63,969 nt of DNA from Octopus bimaculoides (Eukaryota): positions 55,965,243 to 56,029,211 of the forward strand of contig NC_068993.1 in the NCBI RefSeq assembly GCF_001194135.2. Direction: 5' to 3'. The notes beneath the pieces are model-generated. The model searched no databases, was not told the DNA's origin, and saw nothing but the letters and a program-made list of their open reading frames with translations. How positions within the stretch are numbered: position 1 is the first letter of the stretch; every line of letters begins with the position of its first letter. A program made the position numbers and the translations under genes. Shown one piece after another: positions 1-12,232 of this stretch.

Positions 1-174
1 GCAAGTTCTAGGTAGTGGGAAAGTCGATTAAATCAACTGGTACTTATTTTATCGACCTCGAATGTATGTGAAGCAAAGTGGACCTCAGTGGAATTTGAAC
101 TGAGAGCGTAAAGACGGATGAAATGCCGCTCAGCCTATTGTCCGGTGCGCTAACGATTCTGCCAGCTCGCTGCC
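1..174 (-). mobile_element. tRNA-derived SINE, family A (3' part cut by window edge)
   Basis: Reverse complement resembles GGCGGCGAGCTGGCAGAA..GTTAGC..GAGTTCAAATTCCGCCGAGGTCGACTTTGCCTTTCATCC, with A/B-box-like head; more than 15 related copies in the window. Confidence 0.85.
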
Positions 175-195
175 TCACCATTGAGCAATAATATT

Positions 196-383
196 CTTTT
201 CTATTCTAGACACAAGGCCCGAAATTTTGGGGGAGGGCGCCAGTCGATTAGACCGACCCTAGTACGCAACTGGTACTTAATTTATCGATCTCGAAAGGAT
301 GAATGGCAAAGTCGACTTTGAGCTCAGAACGTAAGGACAGACAGAATACCGACGTGCTAACAACTCTGCCAGCTAGCCGCCTT
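196..383 (-). mobile_element. SINE family A, flanked by 19-bp direct repeats
   Basis: Same family with tail ...CCTTGTGTCTAGAATAGAAAAG; flanks ACCA(T/C)TGAGCAATAATATT at 177-195 and 384-402. Confidence 0.85.
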
Positions 384-758
384 ACCACTGAGCAATAATA
401 TTAACATGAAAATATACGGACGGGATATTAAACATTATCGATTGCTTTGATTACTTCTACATTATATCCGCTTCCTGTTTAATTGTTCATATTTTGAAAT
501 GTATTCTTTGAACAATCCAAACTTATTGAATAATTTATGAATTGCGTCAGAGATTTGATTAATTCTCTGAATATTTAAACTGAAACAATCTCTCGGTTTC
601 AGCGAAACAAACCTTTGATGTAGATTGGATAAATTGGATAAAATGTTTGTTAGATGTGACACTTGGTTGTTGATTAGACAACAATAGTTCGAGGTATCCT
701 TGATACATTGATACTGCTCCAGGCCAGTAGACCGAAGATCAAAGAGCCTCTTGACTGA

Positions 759-827
<69 letters not shown>
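759..827. repeat. (TATC)n microsatellite
   Basis: Seen directly. Similar arrays near 5680-5742, 19150-19205, 32401-32462, 45565-45597 and 57588-57618. Confidence 0.95.
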
Positions 828-834
828 GTAGGTA

Positions 835-1042
835 TTCAAACAGGCCATATCAGACCCAAATATTCTTCCTGCTCTAACTGGGCAGATTAGAGCTCTCACA
901 CTAACCCTACAATGTCATTCTACAAATAAACAATCACATCATTAAAATCTCAAAGCTATGAGATAATGTATGACAAATTTAAAACATCGGGAATAGGTAA
1001 GAATAACATTTAACAAAATAATCTGAATACTAAAGGATTGAC
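835..1042. mobile_element. Non-autonomous DNA transposon (MITE) remnant, piggyBac-like end
   Basis: Ends ATCTGAATACTAAAGGATTGA, a decayed ...AAAGGGTTAA (GGG + TTAA) terminus. The left end is lost at the TATC array. Family recognised from memory only. Confidence 0.4.
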
Positions 1043-1094
1043 CGTCAGGTTGTTGTAAAGAAACATGTGGAATTTTCCATTGGTGGCATGTCAT

Positions 1095-1172
1095 GTCAGC
1101 GTTCAAGAATCTTCCGGAGTTTGGAGGTTTCAGATTTTGGGATTTCGGATAAAGGATTTCAATTGTATTTTG
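1095..1172. mobile_element. Tigger/pogo-like MITE end fragment
   Basis: CGGAGTTTGGAGGTTTCAGATTTTGGGATTTCGGATAAAGGATTTCAATTGTA resembles MER2/Tigger-type subterminal repeats ending in TGTA. Confidence 0.35.
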
Positions 1173-1629
1173 AAAAGAAAAATTGCTTAAATATTGAGTA
1201 AATGATATGAGGGTGGTCGAACATATCCTGTAAAGATAAGTAGGCGGAAGACCGAAGTATATTGTGAGAAAATGAACGTTGAGTGGGAAAATTTTCTCAA
1301 CATATTTTCTACAACGGACTATTGCAATGACTGTTTCAATAGCTCATAATTATTTTAACACATTTTTCAACTAAAAGCAACCACCACCTCTACAATAACC
1401 TCAGCGAAAACAATATAATAATTAAGAAGAAAAAATTAAAAAAAATTCCTTCAAAGTTTAAATACATATAAAAAAATATCCTGTCTGAAAAAAATAAAAT
1501 TGTCGAAATATTGAAATCTCATCAAGTGATAAATTGGGTTATTCCGTAACAAATGTTTATGTTGGACAATCCAACATTTGTTGTTTGATAATGAGATAGA
1601 CGAGACATTAATATATGCATGAAGTGGGT

Positions 1630-1906
1630 ATAGTTTGTGTATGTATGTATGTATGTATGTATGAATGTTTGTATGTATGTAAGTATGTATGCATGTATAT
1701 GTATGTTTGAATGTATGTGTATTTTTGTATGTATACACACGTATTGTATGTGCGTGTATGCATGTATGCACATTTGAATATATGAATATATATATATACT
1801 TCTATGTATGTGAGAATTTATATGCGTATGTATTTATGTATGTGTATGAATGTGTATGCATGCGTCTGTGTGTGTGTGTATGTGTGTGTATGTGATTGTG
1901 TGTCTG

Positions 1907-1957
<51 letters not shown>

Positions 1958-2681
1958 NNNNNNNNNNNNNNNNNNNNNNNNNNNNNNNNNNNNNNNNNNN
2001 NNNNNNNNNNNNNNNNNNNNNNNNNNNNNNNNNNNNNNNNNNNNNNNNNNNNNNNNNNNNNNNNNNNNNNNNNNNNNNNNNNNNNNNNNNNNNNNNNNNN
2101 NNNNNNNNNNNNNNNNNNNNNNNNNNNNNNNNNNNNNNNNNNNNNNNNNNNNNNNNNNNNNNNNNNNNNNNNNNNNNNNNNNNNNNNNNNNNNNNNNNNN
2201 NNNNNNNNNNNNNNNNNNNNNNNNNNNNNNNNNNNNNNNNNNNNNNNNNNNNNNNNNNNNNNNNNNNNNNNNNNNNNNNNNNNNNNNNNNNNNNNNNNNN
2301 NNNNNNNNNNNNNNNNNNNNNNNNNNNNNNNNNNNNNNNNNNNNNNNNNNNNNNNNNNNNNNNNNNNNNNNNNNNNNNNNNNNNNNNNNNNNNNNNNNNN
2401 NNNNNNNNNNNNNNNNNNNNNNNNNNNNNNNNNNNNNNNNNNNNNNNNNNNNNNNNNNNNNNNNNNNNNNNNNNNNNNNNNNNNNNNNNNNNNNNNNNNN
2501 NNNNNNNNNNNNNNNNNNNNNNNNNNNNNNNNNNNNNNNNNNNNNNNNNNNNNNNNNNNNNNNNNNNNNNNNNNNNNNNNNNNNNNNNNNNNNNNNNNNN
2601 NNNNNNNNNNNNNNNNNNNNNNNNNNNNNNNNNNNNNNNNNNNNNNNNNNNNNNNNNNNNNNNNNNNNNNNNNNNNNNNNN

Positions 2682-2724
<43 letters not shown>

Positions 2725-2761
2725 GCACACACGCACACACACACACATACATACATACATA
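1630..2761. repeat. Compound (TG)/(TATG)/(TA)/(CA) microsatellite block around an N-gap
   Basis: Seen directly. The same gap-flanked pattern recurs across the window. Confidence 0.95.
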
Positions 2762-2870
2762 CAATCTGAGGATAACTTGTTTCTTTCCTCGCTATAATAT
2801 TGCAAGCCTTGAAAAAGATCCCGAGTGGTGCCCTTCTTCATCTGAGTAAGCAATTTAAAAAAAAAAAAGC

Positions 2871-2990
2871 GTTCCAGCAGACTTCATCCCGTTGATTTTT
2901 AGACACACTGTATGTCTAGGATCACATCATCCAATATGTTTTGTACATTTTTGAAGATGGTAGAGTCTGATTTGGAAGTAGCTTCTTTGC
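2871..2990 (-). mobile_element. Interspersed repeat family E fragment (probable SINE)
   Basis: Similar to fragments at 8880-8990 (opposite strand), 16620-16775, 32950-33125 and 34070-34140, sharing blocks such as TCCAGGTCAGCTTTGA and GATTTGAGGG.GATTT..CTGCT. Confidence 0.5.
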
Positions 2991-3574
2991 TGGCGTCCCT
3001 TGAAATATGTGGGTGAGATAGGTTGACTTGTAGGGGATTACTTTAAATTATAGGCTGATTCTTATATGAAGACAACAGTGTGGTCATTGGTGATGGAGAT
3101 GAACTCTCATCTCCAGCTTCAGACAGAACAATGAGAAGGTGGGACAATCGCTAGTAAACTTCTACATTTCTCTGAGCAGTATCCAGAGAATGAACATGAG
3201 TAGTTGTTAAATTCAATAAAAGATTCGCAAAATGTCTTATATTATAGTATAACTAAAACATTTGATATAATAAATATATCTGATATACTAAAATATCTCG
3301 ATGACACGGATCTTTTAACTACATCCCAGTTATCATAATGTAGTATGAGATACTAAAGAATAAGACTGGACACTTCTAAATTTCTAAGTCGATGACAAAC
3401 TCAATTATCTCAGATGATATTTCGATTAAGTACCTCCATGTGTTACTAATAACATGATACAAAGCTAGACCACCTAAGCTAAAACTGTGGTTTGGGAACT
3501 CAAAATATATGAATGATACCTGTTGAAATGCGAGTCGACAGGTGAACAACTACAACCATGTAACTATGGGTAAT

Positions 3575-4006
3575 AACATATATAAATGGCATTTGTAGAT
3601 TTGTAGGCCAGCAACTGAATGCTTTTAGGTAGCTACCTTACGTAGCTGTTATATCATATAATAATATACTTAGACAGGAGCAAAATATGAGTGACTTATG
3701 TAGATTAGTGGGCTAACAGTCGAATAACTTCAGCTATTACCTCAGCTACATAACAATGATTCTAAGAGCAACAAAATATACGAGTGTTACGTATAGGTTA
3801 ATAGGCTCACAGCTGAAAAAACTCAGTTAAAGAGCAATGTACCTGGGAGGTAGCAAAAGAGATGGGTGGCATCGTAGATTAGAAGGCTAAAAGCTGAACA
3901 GTCTTGCTTATATAAAAATTCATCTAAGAGCAGCAAAATATATGAGCGACATCTGTAGATTAGTAGGCTAACAGACGAAAACCCTCAGCTTAAGAGCATT
4001 GTACAT

Positions 4007-4066
<60 letters not shown>

Positions 4067-4344
4067 NNNNNNNNNNNNNNNNNNNNNNNNNNNNNNNNNN
4101 NNNNNNNNNNNNNNNNNNNNNNNNNNNNNNNNNNNNNNNNNNNNNNNNNNNNNNNNNNNNNNNNNNNNNNNNNNNNNNNNNNNNNNNNNNNNNNNNNNNN
4201 NNNNNNNNNNNNNNNNNNNNNNNNNNNNNNNNNNNNNNNNNNNNNNNNNNNNNNNNNNNNNNNNNNNNNNNNNNNNNNNNNNNNNNNNNNNNNNNNNNNN
4301 NNNNNNNNNNNNNNATATATATACACGCACACACACACACACAC

Positions 4345-4375
<31 letters not shown>

Positions 4376-4460
4376 TCCTTGAGAGTTACTAAAATATTTG
4401 AAGTACATCCGTAGATTTGAAAGTCAATATCAGAATCACCTCAGCTAACACATGTATAAC
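3575..4460. repeat. Diverged tandem repeat, about 75-90 bp unit, interrupted by (TG)n and a gap
   Basis: Recurring core AGCAAAATAT..GAG.GAC...GTAGATTAGTAGGCTAACAG..GAA.AAC.TCAGCT at about 3580, 3678, 3768, 3850, 3928 and 4385. Confidence 0.6.
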
Positions 4461-4894
4461 AAACGTAGCTACGGGTGCCAACGCGTAGGAAGGACACCTA
4501 TAGATATCTGCAGACTATCAACAGAAAATTTCCTACCCACTCGGTTACCAGTTGCATAACTAAATACATCTGGGATGCTAACATATACGGGTGACACCCA
4601 GGAAGAAATACCACATCGGTGAAAGGTGCATCCTGTTGAGTGTATGGAGCTCATTATGTAAGCTTTCGTCTCTGTTATTTGTAGAAAAACAAGTTATTGT
4701 TTTGGAAGCTCGGAGCAGGGTTCGGGTAGGGTTTACCCCTTTCGTTCTCTTTCTACCCCGTCTTTCTTGCTCTCTCAGCCACCCACTTTTCTGCTCTCTC
4801 TCACTGTCAAATCAAGTCCTCTTACTCCTTCTGGTTAGCTCTCTACTCAACACTTCTGCTTTCTATAATTATCTCTCTCTCTCTCACACACACG

Positions 4895-4949
<55 letters not shown>

Positions 4950-5246
4950 GCACGCACGCACACACACATACACACACACATGCATACATACATGCATACA
5001 TACATATATACATATATACATATATACACATATTTACATACGTACAGATATGCATATATATATACACACACATACACACACATATATAAGATAAATATAT
5101 TCATACGTAATAATACATACATATATATACATGTATACACACAACATTTACATGTAACTATATATATGCATATATGTGTGTGTATATATAAACATACATA
5201 CATAAAAACATACATATATATATATATATGCATGTGTATATATATG

Positions 5247-5287
<41 letters not shown>

Positions 5288-5679
5288 NNNNNNNNNNNNN
5301 NNNNNNNNNNNNNNNNNNNNNNNNNNNNNNNNNNNNNNNNNNNNNNNNNNNNNNNNNNNNNNNNNNNNNNNNNNNNNNNNNNNNNNNNNNNNNNNNNNNN
5401 NNNNNNNNNNNNNNNNNNNNNNNNNNNNNNNNNNNNNNNNNNNNNNNNNNNNNNNNNNNNNNNNNNNNNNNNNNNNNATATGAAATAATGTAAGCATGTA
5501 TAGTGTGTGTATGCTTGTACGTAATGACACATATGTACATACGTTACACATGTTTACGTTTATATTTGTTTACATTCATGCCTGGCTTTTTTTATGTCAG
5601 ACAATGTATGCGTTTGTGAATATAAGCAAAAGCCCACTTTTAAGAATGTTCACACACACAGAGACACATTGTGTATTGA

Positions 5680-5743
<64 letters not shown>

Positions 5744-5879
5744 AAGCTAGCAAGTAAGCTTGCTGACTGTGTCTGTGGATTTATACATCTTTATCACGCC
5801 TCCATATGTACGTGTGTATGTAGAGTGAGGCAGTGAAGAATTATACATACATACATACGTACATACATATGTCGAAGTC

Positions 5880-6738
5880 TATCTCTTGATCAAATTTGCT
5901 TACATGAGCCTGATAACATCATAAGACTTGGAAGGCAGCTCCTTGAGCAACACTCTTTGTCTGATAACCTAGAATATATGCCCAAAGAACTCGCTCGACT
6001 CTACCGGAATGTATCATCAGACGAAAGGATAAGCCTATATGAGCAGAAGGCTATGCATGGATATGTCAGCAGAAAGCTCCGTGATGATAGTAACATCGAT
6101 CATCATGGACCAATAGCCAGATTACTACCTCCCGCTTTGAAGGGTATGCGTTTGTAATCCAGGAACAGGAAATAACAACCAAGTACCTGATGCACAAAAG
6201 GGATAGAGATGCAGGAAAGGCCGTAAAATATGACAACCGATGCAGACTTTGTGGAGTTCACACTGAAGATATCATGCACATCATAAGCAGTTGTCCGAAA
6301 ATGTTATCACGGTATAATCTACCGATGAGACATGATGTAGCTAGGACACTCTATAATGAAATTCGTTGGTAGGATAATCCCGAGGACAAAGAAATAAGAA
6401 CCCACAATATGATAGAAGCCATATCCACTCATAATTAAAAAAATGTCCCGGTGAAGACCTCAATAAAATGTAAGCACAACAGGCCTGATATAATGATTTG
6501 GGATAGAGAAGAGAAACTGTGCACAGTTGTGGAAATTAGCTGCCCAGCGGAGGTTAACATAAGAAAAAGAGAACACCTGTACCGAACTATTGAGAAATAT
6601 GCAGTTACTCTATCCAGATTACAAGTTCAGGTTTATACCTGTAATTATTGGGGTCATGGGTAACACACTGCCTAAATACAAATTAGGCATCTCAAAAGGA
6701 GAATGCTAATTCGAAGACTACAGATTCAATCCATCACC
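5880..6738 (+). mobile_element. R4/Dong-type non-LTR retrotransposon, C-terminal remnant (CCHC knuckle + restriction-like endonuclease)
   Basis: CRLCGVHTEDIMHIISSCPKM..RHD (CCHC knuckle), NRPDIMIWDREEKLCTVVEISCP (PD-(D/E)xK-type RLE) and RRLQIQSIT; contains stops and frameshifts. Confidence 0.85.
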
Positions 6739-7120
6739 TCCTTTACCTCCTCCTCAGAACTTTCCAGGAAGTCCTCAACCCCCTTTCCTCGGAACTTTCT
6801 AGGAAACCCGTAACCCCTCCTCGAAACTTTCCAGGAAACCCGTAACCCCCCTCGGAGTTTTCCAGGAAGTCCTTCCTCCCCTTCTTCCCCTTCCTCCACC
6901 TCCTCGGAACTTTCCAGAAAATACATCCTACTCTCCGGAACTTTTCAGGAAGTCCTTCCCTCTTCGTCCCCTCCTCGGAACTTTCCAGGAAGTCATTCCT
7001 CCTCTCCCCACAACTTTCCAGGAAGTCCATCCTCCTCACCTCGGAACTCTCCAAGAAGTCCTTCATCCTCTCCTCGGAACTTTTCAGGAAGCCCTTCACT
7101 CCTCCTCTGAATTTTCCAGG
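6739..7120. repeat. Minisatellite, about 11 copies of core CTCGGAACTTTCCAGGAAG with variable C/T spacers
   Basis: Cores near 6757, 6791, 6823, 6854, 6906, 6937, 6977, 7011, 7043, 7076 and 7109. Confidence 0.9.
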
Positions 7121-7124
7121 TCAA

Positions 7125-7365
7125 TGAAAAGTGGAAGGAGGGGTCTGAAAAGTGGAAGGTGTGGTGAAAAGTGGAAGTGTGTGGAAAGTGTAAGGAAGGG
7201 ACGAAAAGTGGAGGGAGGAGTAAAAAGTGGAAGGGTAGGGAAAAGTGGTAATGGATGGGTTAATGAGGGTGTAGAAAGAAGGAAGAAGGAAGAAAGAAGG
7301 AAGAAGGAGGACATAGTAGAAAGTAGAAGGAAGAAGGATGATGTAGAAGAAAGAAGAAGAAGAAG
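7125..7365. repeat. Purine-rich block: about 7 x AAAAGTGGA(AGG), then GAA-rich repeats
   Basis: Seen directly. Confidence 0.8.
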
Positions 7366-7532
7366 AACCGCAAAAAATTTTCCACCTGTTTAATGTACAT
7401 AGAAAAGGTAAAAAAATAAGCCTGTTTCTGTGGAGCCTATTCTTCTCTTTGTTGGTTCCTTTTGTAACTCTTTAAAAAAATAAAGAGAAATGAAGAATCA
7501 AGAAAATAATCTACTTGAAAACTAAATACAAT

Positions 7533-7750
7533 AATCCTTTCTACTCTAGGTACAAGGCCTGAAATTTGGGAAGAGTGGGGGGTCTAGTCGATTACATCGA
7601 CCCCCAGTGATTCACTGGTACTTATTTCATCAACCCCGAGAGGATGAAAGGTAAAGTCGACCTCGTCGGAATTTGAACTCAGAACGCAAAGACAGACGAA
7701 ATACCGCTAAGCATTTCGCTCGGCGTGCTAACGTTTCTGCCAGCTCGCCG
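7533..7750 (-). mobile_element. SINE family A, near full length
   Basis: Head GCGGCGAGCTGGCAGAAACGTTAGCACGCCG through tail CCTTGTACCTAGAGTAGAAAGGAT on the minus strand. Confidence 0.9.
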
Positions 7751-7977
7751 CTATGTGTCTCTGGTTATATCAACAGCGCAGTGTTTAGGGATTACAGTAC
7801 AAATGTCTTGACGACATTTGTTTCCGCTTTTCTCTCTCTCTCTTTCTCTCTTTCTTTCTTTCTATCTCTATTTTTATTCTTCTCTCTTTTTCTCTCTATC
7901 ACTCTCTCTCTTTTTGTTCTTCACTCTGTCTTTCTTTCTATCTTTCTTTTTATTCTTCAATCTCTTACTCTTTCTCT

Positions 7978-8135
7978 CTTTGCCTTCTCTCTTTCTCTCT
8001 TTGCCTTCTCTCTTTCTCTCTTTGCCTTCTCTCTTTCTCTCTTTCTCTCTTTGCCTTCTCTCTTTCTCTCTTTGCCTTCTCTCTTTCTCTCTTTGCCTTC
8101 TCTCTTTCTCTCTTTGCCTTCTCTCTTTCTCTTTG
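7978..8135. repeat. 21-bp unit TTTGCCTTCTCTCTTTCTCTC, about 7 copies, inside a CT-rich tract
   Basis: Seen directly; explains the FAFSLSL and EKAKRER pseudo-ORFs. Confidence 0.85.
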
Positions 8136-8228
8136 TCTCTCGTTTCCTCTTTCAAGCTTTCTCTCTAGCATTTCCTCATTCCCTCTCTCTTTCTTCCTCT
8201 CTCTCCCGTTCCCCTTTTCACTATCTCT

Positions 8229-8302
<74 letters not shown>

Positions 8303-8414
8303 GTATAGTTCAAAACACTTAAGACTCAGTAACTCAGTAGAGCTATCAGCTGATGGGATTATCATGTGAGGAAAACAGGCACACGGAGGATGTGAAAGCT
8401 CGAAGGAAGGGGGA

Positions 8415-8564
8415 GGGGGGAGAGAGGGAGGGAGAGAGAGAGAGAGAAAGAGAGAGACAGAGAAAGAGAGAGACAGAGAGAGAGAGACAGAGAGAGACAG
8501 AGGCAGTGACAGAGACAGAGACAGAGAGAAAGGGAAAGAGAGAAAGAGAGAGAGGTGTCTGAGA

Positions 8565-8612
<48 letters not shown>

Positions 8613-8782
8613 GTGAGAGAGAGAGTGAGAGACAGAGACAGGGACAGAGAGAAAGAGAAAGAGAGAAAGAGAGAGAGGTATCTGAGAGAGAGAGAGAGAG
8701 GGAGAGAGTGAGAGAGAGAGAGTGAGAGACAGAGGCAGTAACAGAGAGAAAGAGAAAGAAAGAAAGAGAGAGAGAGAGAGGT
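8415..8782. repeat. (GA)n/(GACA)n low-complexity tract
   Basis: Seen directly. Confidence 0.9.
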
Positions 8783-9229
8783 GTCTGGGAGAATGTTCCA
8801 TCAACATGGACGATCGCTAAAATAGACTTTGTTATAAAAGCATTGGGAGCAACCAACGAAATCGAACCAACGAGTGAACGCACTTACATGGTAGCTAGAC
8901 CTGGTATAAATAGCAACCAAATTTCCCTTAAATCACACTGTATAGTTTTAGGAGAGAGGAGATTAAATAAGATGGTCCTTGATTCCTTGTACCTACAACC
9001 CATCCCCCCCCCCCAAAAAAAAAACTGTCTGACCACGACTGGACTGTATANNNNNNNNNNATATGTCCGTTAATGAGGAGTCCGCGAAGCCGCAGATAAC
9101 ATACAGGATTCTTTATTGGAGATTAAAAAAAAAAACAGATAACAACAACAACAATTAGGATAGGTATCCATAACTATTAATAGATTAGATTAGCGGAGGT
9201 CTTTACACAGAGGGATTGTTCGAGGGATC

Positions 9230-9275
<46 letters not shown>

Positions 9276-9339
9276 TTATGTATGTGTGTATGTATGAATG
9301 TATGTATATACATACATACACATACATACATACACATTT

Positions 9340-9543
9340 CGCCGGGCGAAATGCTTAGCAGTATTTCGTCTGCCGCTACGTTCTGAGTTCAAATTCCGCC
9401 GAGGTCGACTTTGCCTTTCATCCTTTCGGGGTCGATTAAATAAGTACCAGTCACGCAGTGGGGTCGAAATAATCGACTTAATCCGTTTGTCTGTCTTTGT
9501 TTGTCCACTCTGTGTGTAGCCCCTTGTGGGTAGTAAAGAAATA
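9340..9543 (+). mobile_element. SINE family A with alternative tail 2, 5'-truncated
   Basis: Family A body followed by TAATCCGTTTGTCTGTCTTTGTTTGTCC..CCCCTTGTGGGTAGTAAAGAAATAA; same tail at 43757-43988. Confidence 0.85.
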
Positions 9544-10189
9544 ACACATATGCGTGTGTGTGAATATATATGTATGTATGAATAAATGAATGAATGTATG
9601 TATATATATATATACATATATGTGTGTGTGTGTGTGTGTTTTGAGTGTGTGTATATGTCTGTGTGTGTATTTATGTATGAATGCATGTATGTATATACAT
9701 ACATACACATATGTGTGTGTGTGTGTGTGTGTGAATATGTATGTATGTATGTATGCATGTATGAATGAAGTGTGTATATACATACATATATGTGTGTGAG
9801 TGAGTGTGTGTGCGTGTGTATATATGTCTGTGTGTATTTGTGTGTGTGTGTATTTGTGCGTGTGTCTGTATTTGTGTGTGTGTAAGCGGTTGTGGTAAGA
9901 AGTAACAATAATAGAGAGAAAAATAAAACAAAATAAGAGAGGAGTTTGTAGCTATTGTTTTTAGGAAATGTAGGATATCAACAAGAAAAGAAATAAAATG
10001 AAAATAAAAAATAATTTTTTAAAACCTGTATCACCTTATAAATTCTACAATAAATTCTAATTTATAACGCACAGCGCTGATACAGACGTATGAAATAATT
10101 TATCATACACCGAAACAAACTATTTTTCTATGATTATGGCTACGAAACAATCGTAATCTTATGGGGATCAACTCTTTACTCTTTTATTC

Positions 10190-10344
10190 TTTTTCTTGTT
10201 TCAGTCATTTGACAGCGGCCATGCTGGAGCACCGCCTTTAGTCGAGCAAATCGACCCCATGACCTATTCTTTGTAAGCCTAGTACTTATTCTATCTGACC
10301 CTTTGGTCGAACCGCTAAGTTACGGGGACGTAAACACACCAGCA
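10190..10344 (-). mobile_element. SINE 3' tail module B, running into a gap
   Basis: Closely similar to 35455-35633 (CAGTCATTTGAC.GCGGCCATGCTGG.GCACCGCCTTTAGT..ACGTAAACAC). Confidence 0.8.
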
Positions 10345-11966
10345 NNNNNNNNNNNNNNNNNNNNNNNNNNNNNNNNNNNNNNNNNNNNNNNNNNNNNNNN
10401 NNNNNNNNNNNNNNNNNNNNNNNNNNNNNNNNNNNNNNNNNNNNNNNNNNNNNNNNNNNNNNNNNNNNNNNNNNNNNNNNNNNNNNNNNNNNNNNNNNNN
10501 NNNNNNNNNNNNNNNNNNNNNNNNNNNNNNNNNNNNNNNNNNNNNNNNNNNNNNNNNNNNNNNNNNNNNNNNNNNNNNNNNNNNNNNNNNNNNNNNNNNN
10601 NNNNNNNNNNNNNNNNNNNNNNNNNNNNNNNNNNNNNNNNNNNNNNNNNNNNNNNNNNNNNNNNNNNNNNNNNNNNNNNNNNNNNNNNNNNNNNNNNNNN
10701 NNNNNNNNNNNNNNNNNNNNNNNNNNNNNNNNNNNNNNNNNNNNNNNNNNNNNNNNNNNNNNNNNNNNNNNNNNNNNNNNNNNNNNNNNNNNNNNNNNNN
10801 NNNNNNNNNNNNNNNNNNNNNNNNNNNNNNNNNNNNNNNNNNNNNNNNNNNNNNNNNNNNNNNNNNNNNNNNNNNNNNNNNNNNNNNNNNNNNNNNNNNN
10901 NNNNNNNNNNNNNNNNNNNNNNNNNNNNNNNNNNNNNNNNNNNNNNNNNNNNNNNNNNNNNNNNNNAATTTACTTGGGGTTTACATATCGTTTTCTTTTT
11001 CTATTTCCTTGTACTTGTTAGTGTGTACACATGCAAGCGGCAATGTGCTTGCGTGTGAGCATACCGGGATGAATACATACTTTTAGACACGTATGTATGT
11101 GTAAATGTATGTATGCATGTAGGACATTTATACTCTCATATAAACGTCCTGATGAGCACTCGTGCGCAACACATTCTCAACATACACACACGTACATATA
11201 TTCACACGCCCATACACATATATGCAATATATTCGAACATACATATAAATGTATATGCATGCATAGAAATACACACACACACATACATACATACATACAT
11301 CCATCCATACATACATACATACGTACATACATACATACATACATACGTACATATACATACATATTCATGCACATACATAGTCATGCACATACATACATAC
11401 ATACATACATACGTACACGTGCATACGCCCTTTTAAATCACTCTTTCATCTCACATCTTGTAATGATATCAAGATAGAGTAACAAACTTAAACAGCACAT
11501 CAGTGTCTATATCTTTCAAAATATTCCTATCATCGTTTATATCACAGAATGTAATTATACAAGATGTACTAGGCTACAGCTGTTCCTATCAAACTGTGCT
11601 ATGTTCTACAGAATATCAACAAATTACCCTACTTTTTATGTATCTGTCAGTCTCTTTATCACTCTGTCGACATGATGTAGACTCCCGTTGCCCTCATAAA
11701 CTGTGCCGTCGAATAAAAATTTTCAACGCCGAAGCTTAGTTCTCTTATGTTTGTTTGTCTATCTATCTCTCCCTAAATGTAAGCTGTAGGCTCCTTCTAT
11801 TCCAGCAACACACAGCCTTGCTCTCTTGTATCTGTCAATCAGTTTCGCTGTCTATCTACGTACAGATTTAGACTCCACCATTTTCATCAAACTGCGTTAT
11901 GGTGTGCAGACGATCAACACGCCCGCATTATTTTTCAATGTGTATCTGTCGGGAAGCCTGTCTCTC

Positions 11967-12232
11967 TATATCATGTGATCACGTGACCGATCAGGCTATC
12001 AGATGTTGTTACACATCGCTGGTCACAATGTTCTTTTGCATTGTTTTAGCATTCAAATAACGCCACCCGCTGGCTAGGCGAGCAGACCAACAACCCCTCT
12101 TAATCGAAAGGGGACTGGAGCAACGTGAAATGAAGTTTTTCGCTCAAGAACACAACGCGCCGCCCAGTCAGGGAATCGAAACCACGATCTAGCGATCGTG
12201 TGTGCAACAGCCTGACCACTAGGCTACACCCC
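11967..12232 (-). mobile_element. tRNA-derived CORE-like SINE, family C
   Basis: Minus strand: tRNA-like head with B box GTTTCGATTCC, then GTTGTGTTCTTGAGC.AAAAC.TTCATTTCACGTTGCTCCAGT; matches 29222-29458 and 33868-34036. Confidence 0.8.

Noticed and set aside
462-662. 66-aa minus-strand ORF
   Set aside because: AT-rich, short, no recognisable domain.
7125-7250. IRF/Blimp-like reading of the AAAAGTGGA repeats
   Set aside because: They do not match the GAAANNGAAA dimer consensus; treated as a low-complexity repeat.
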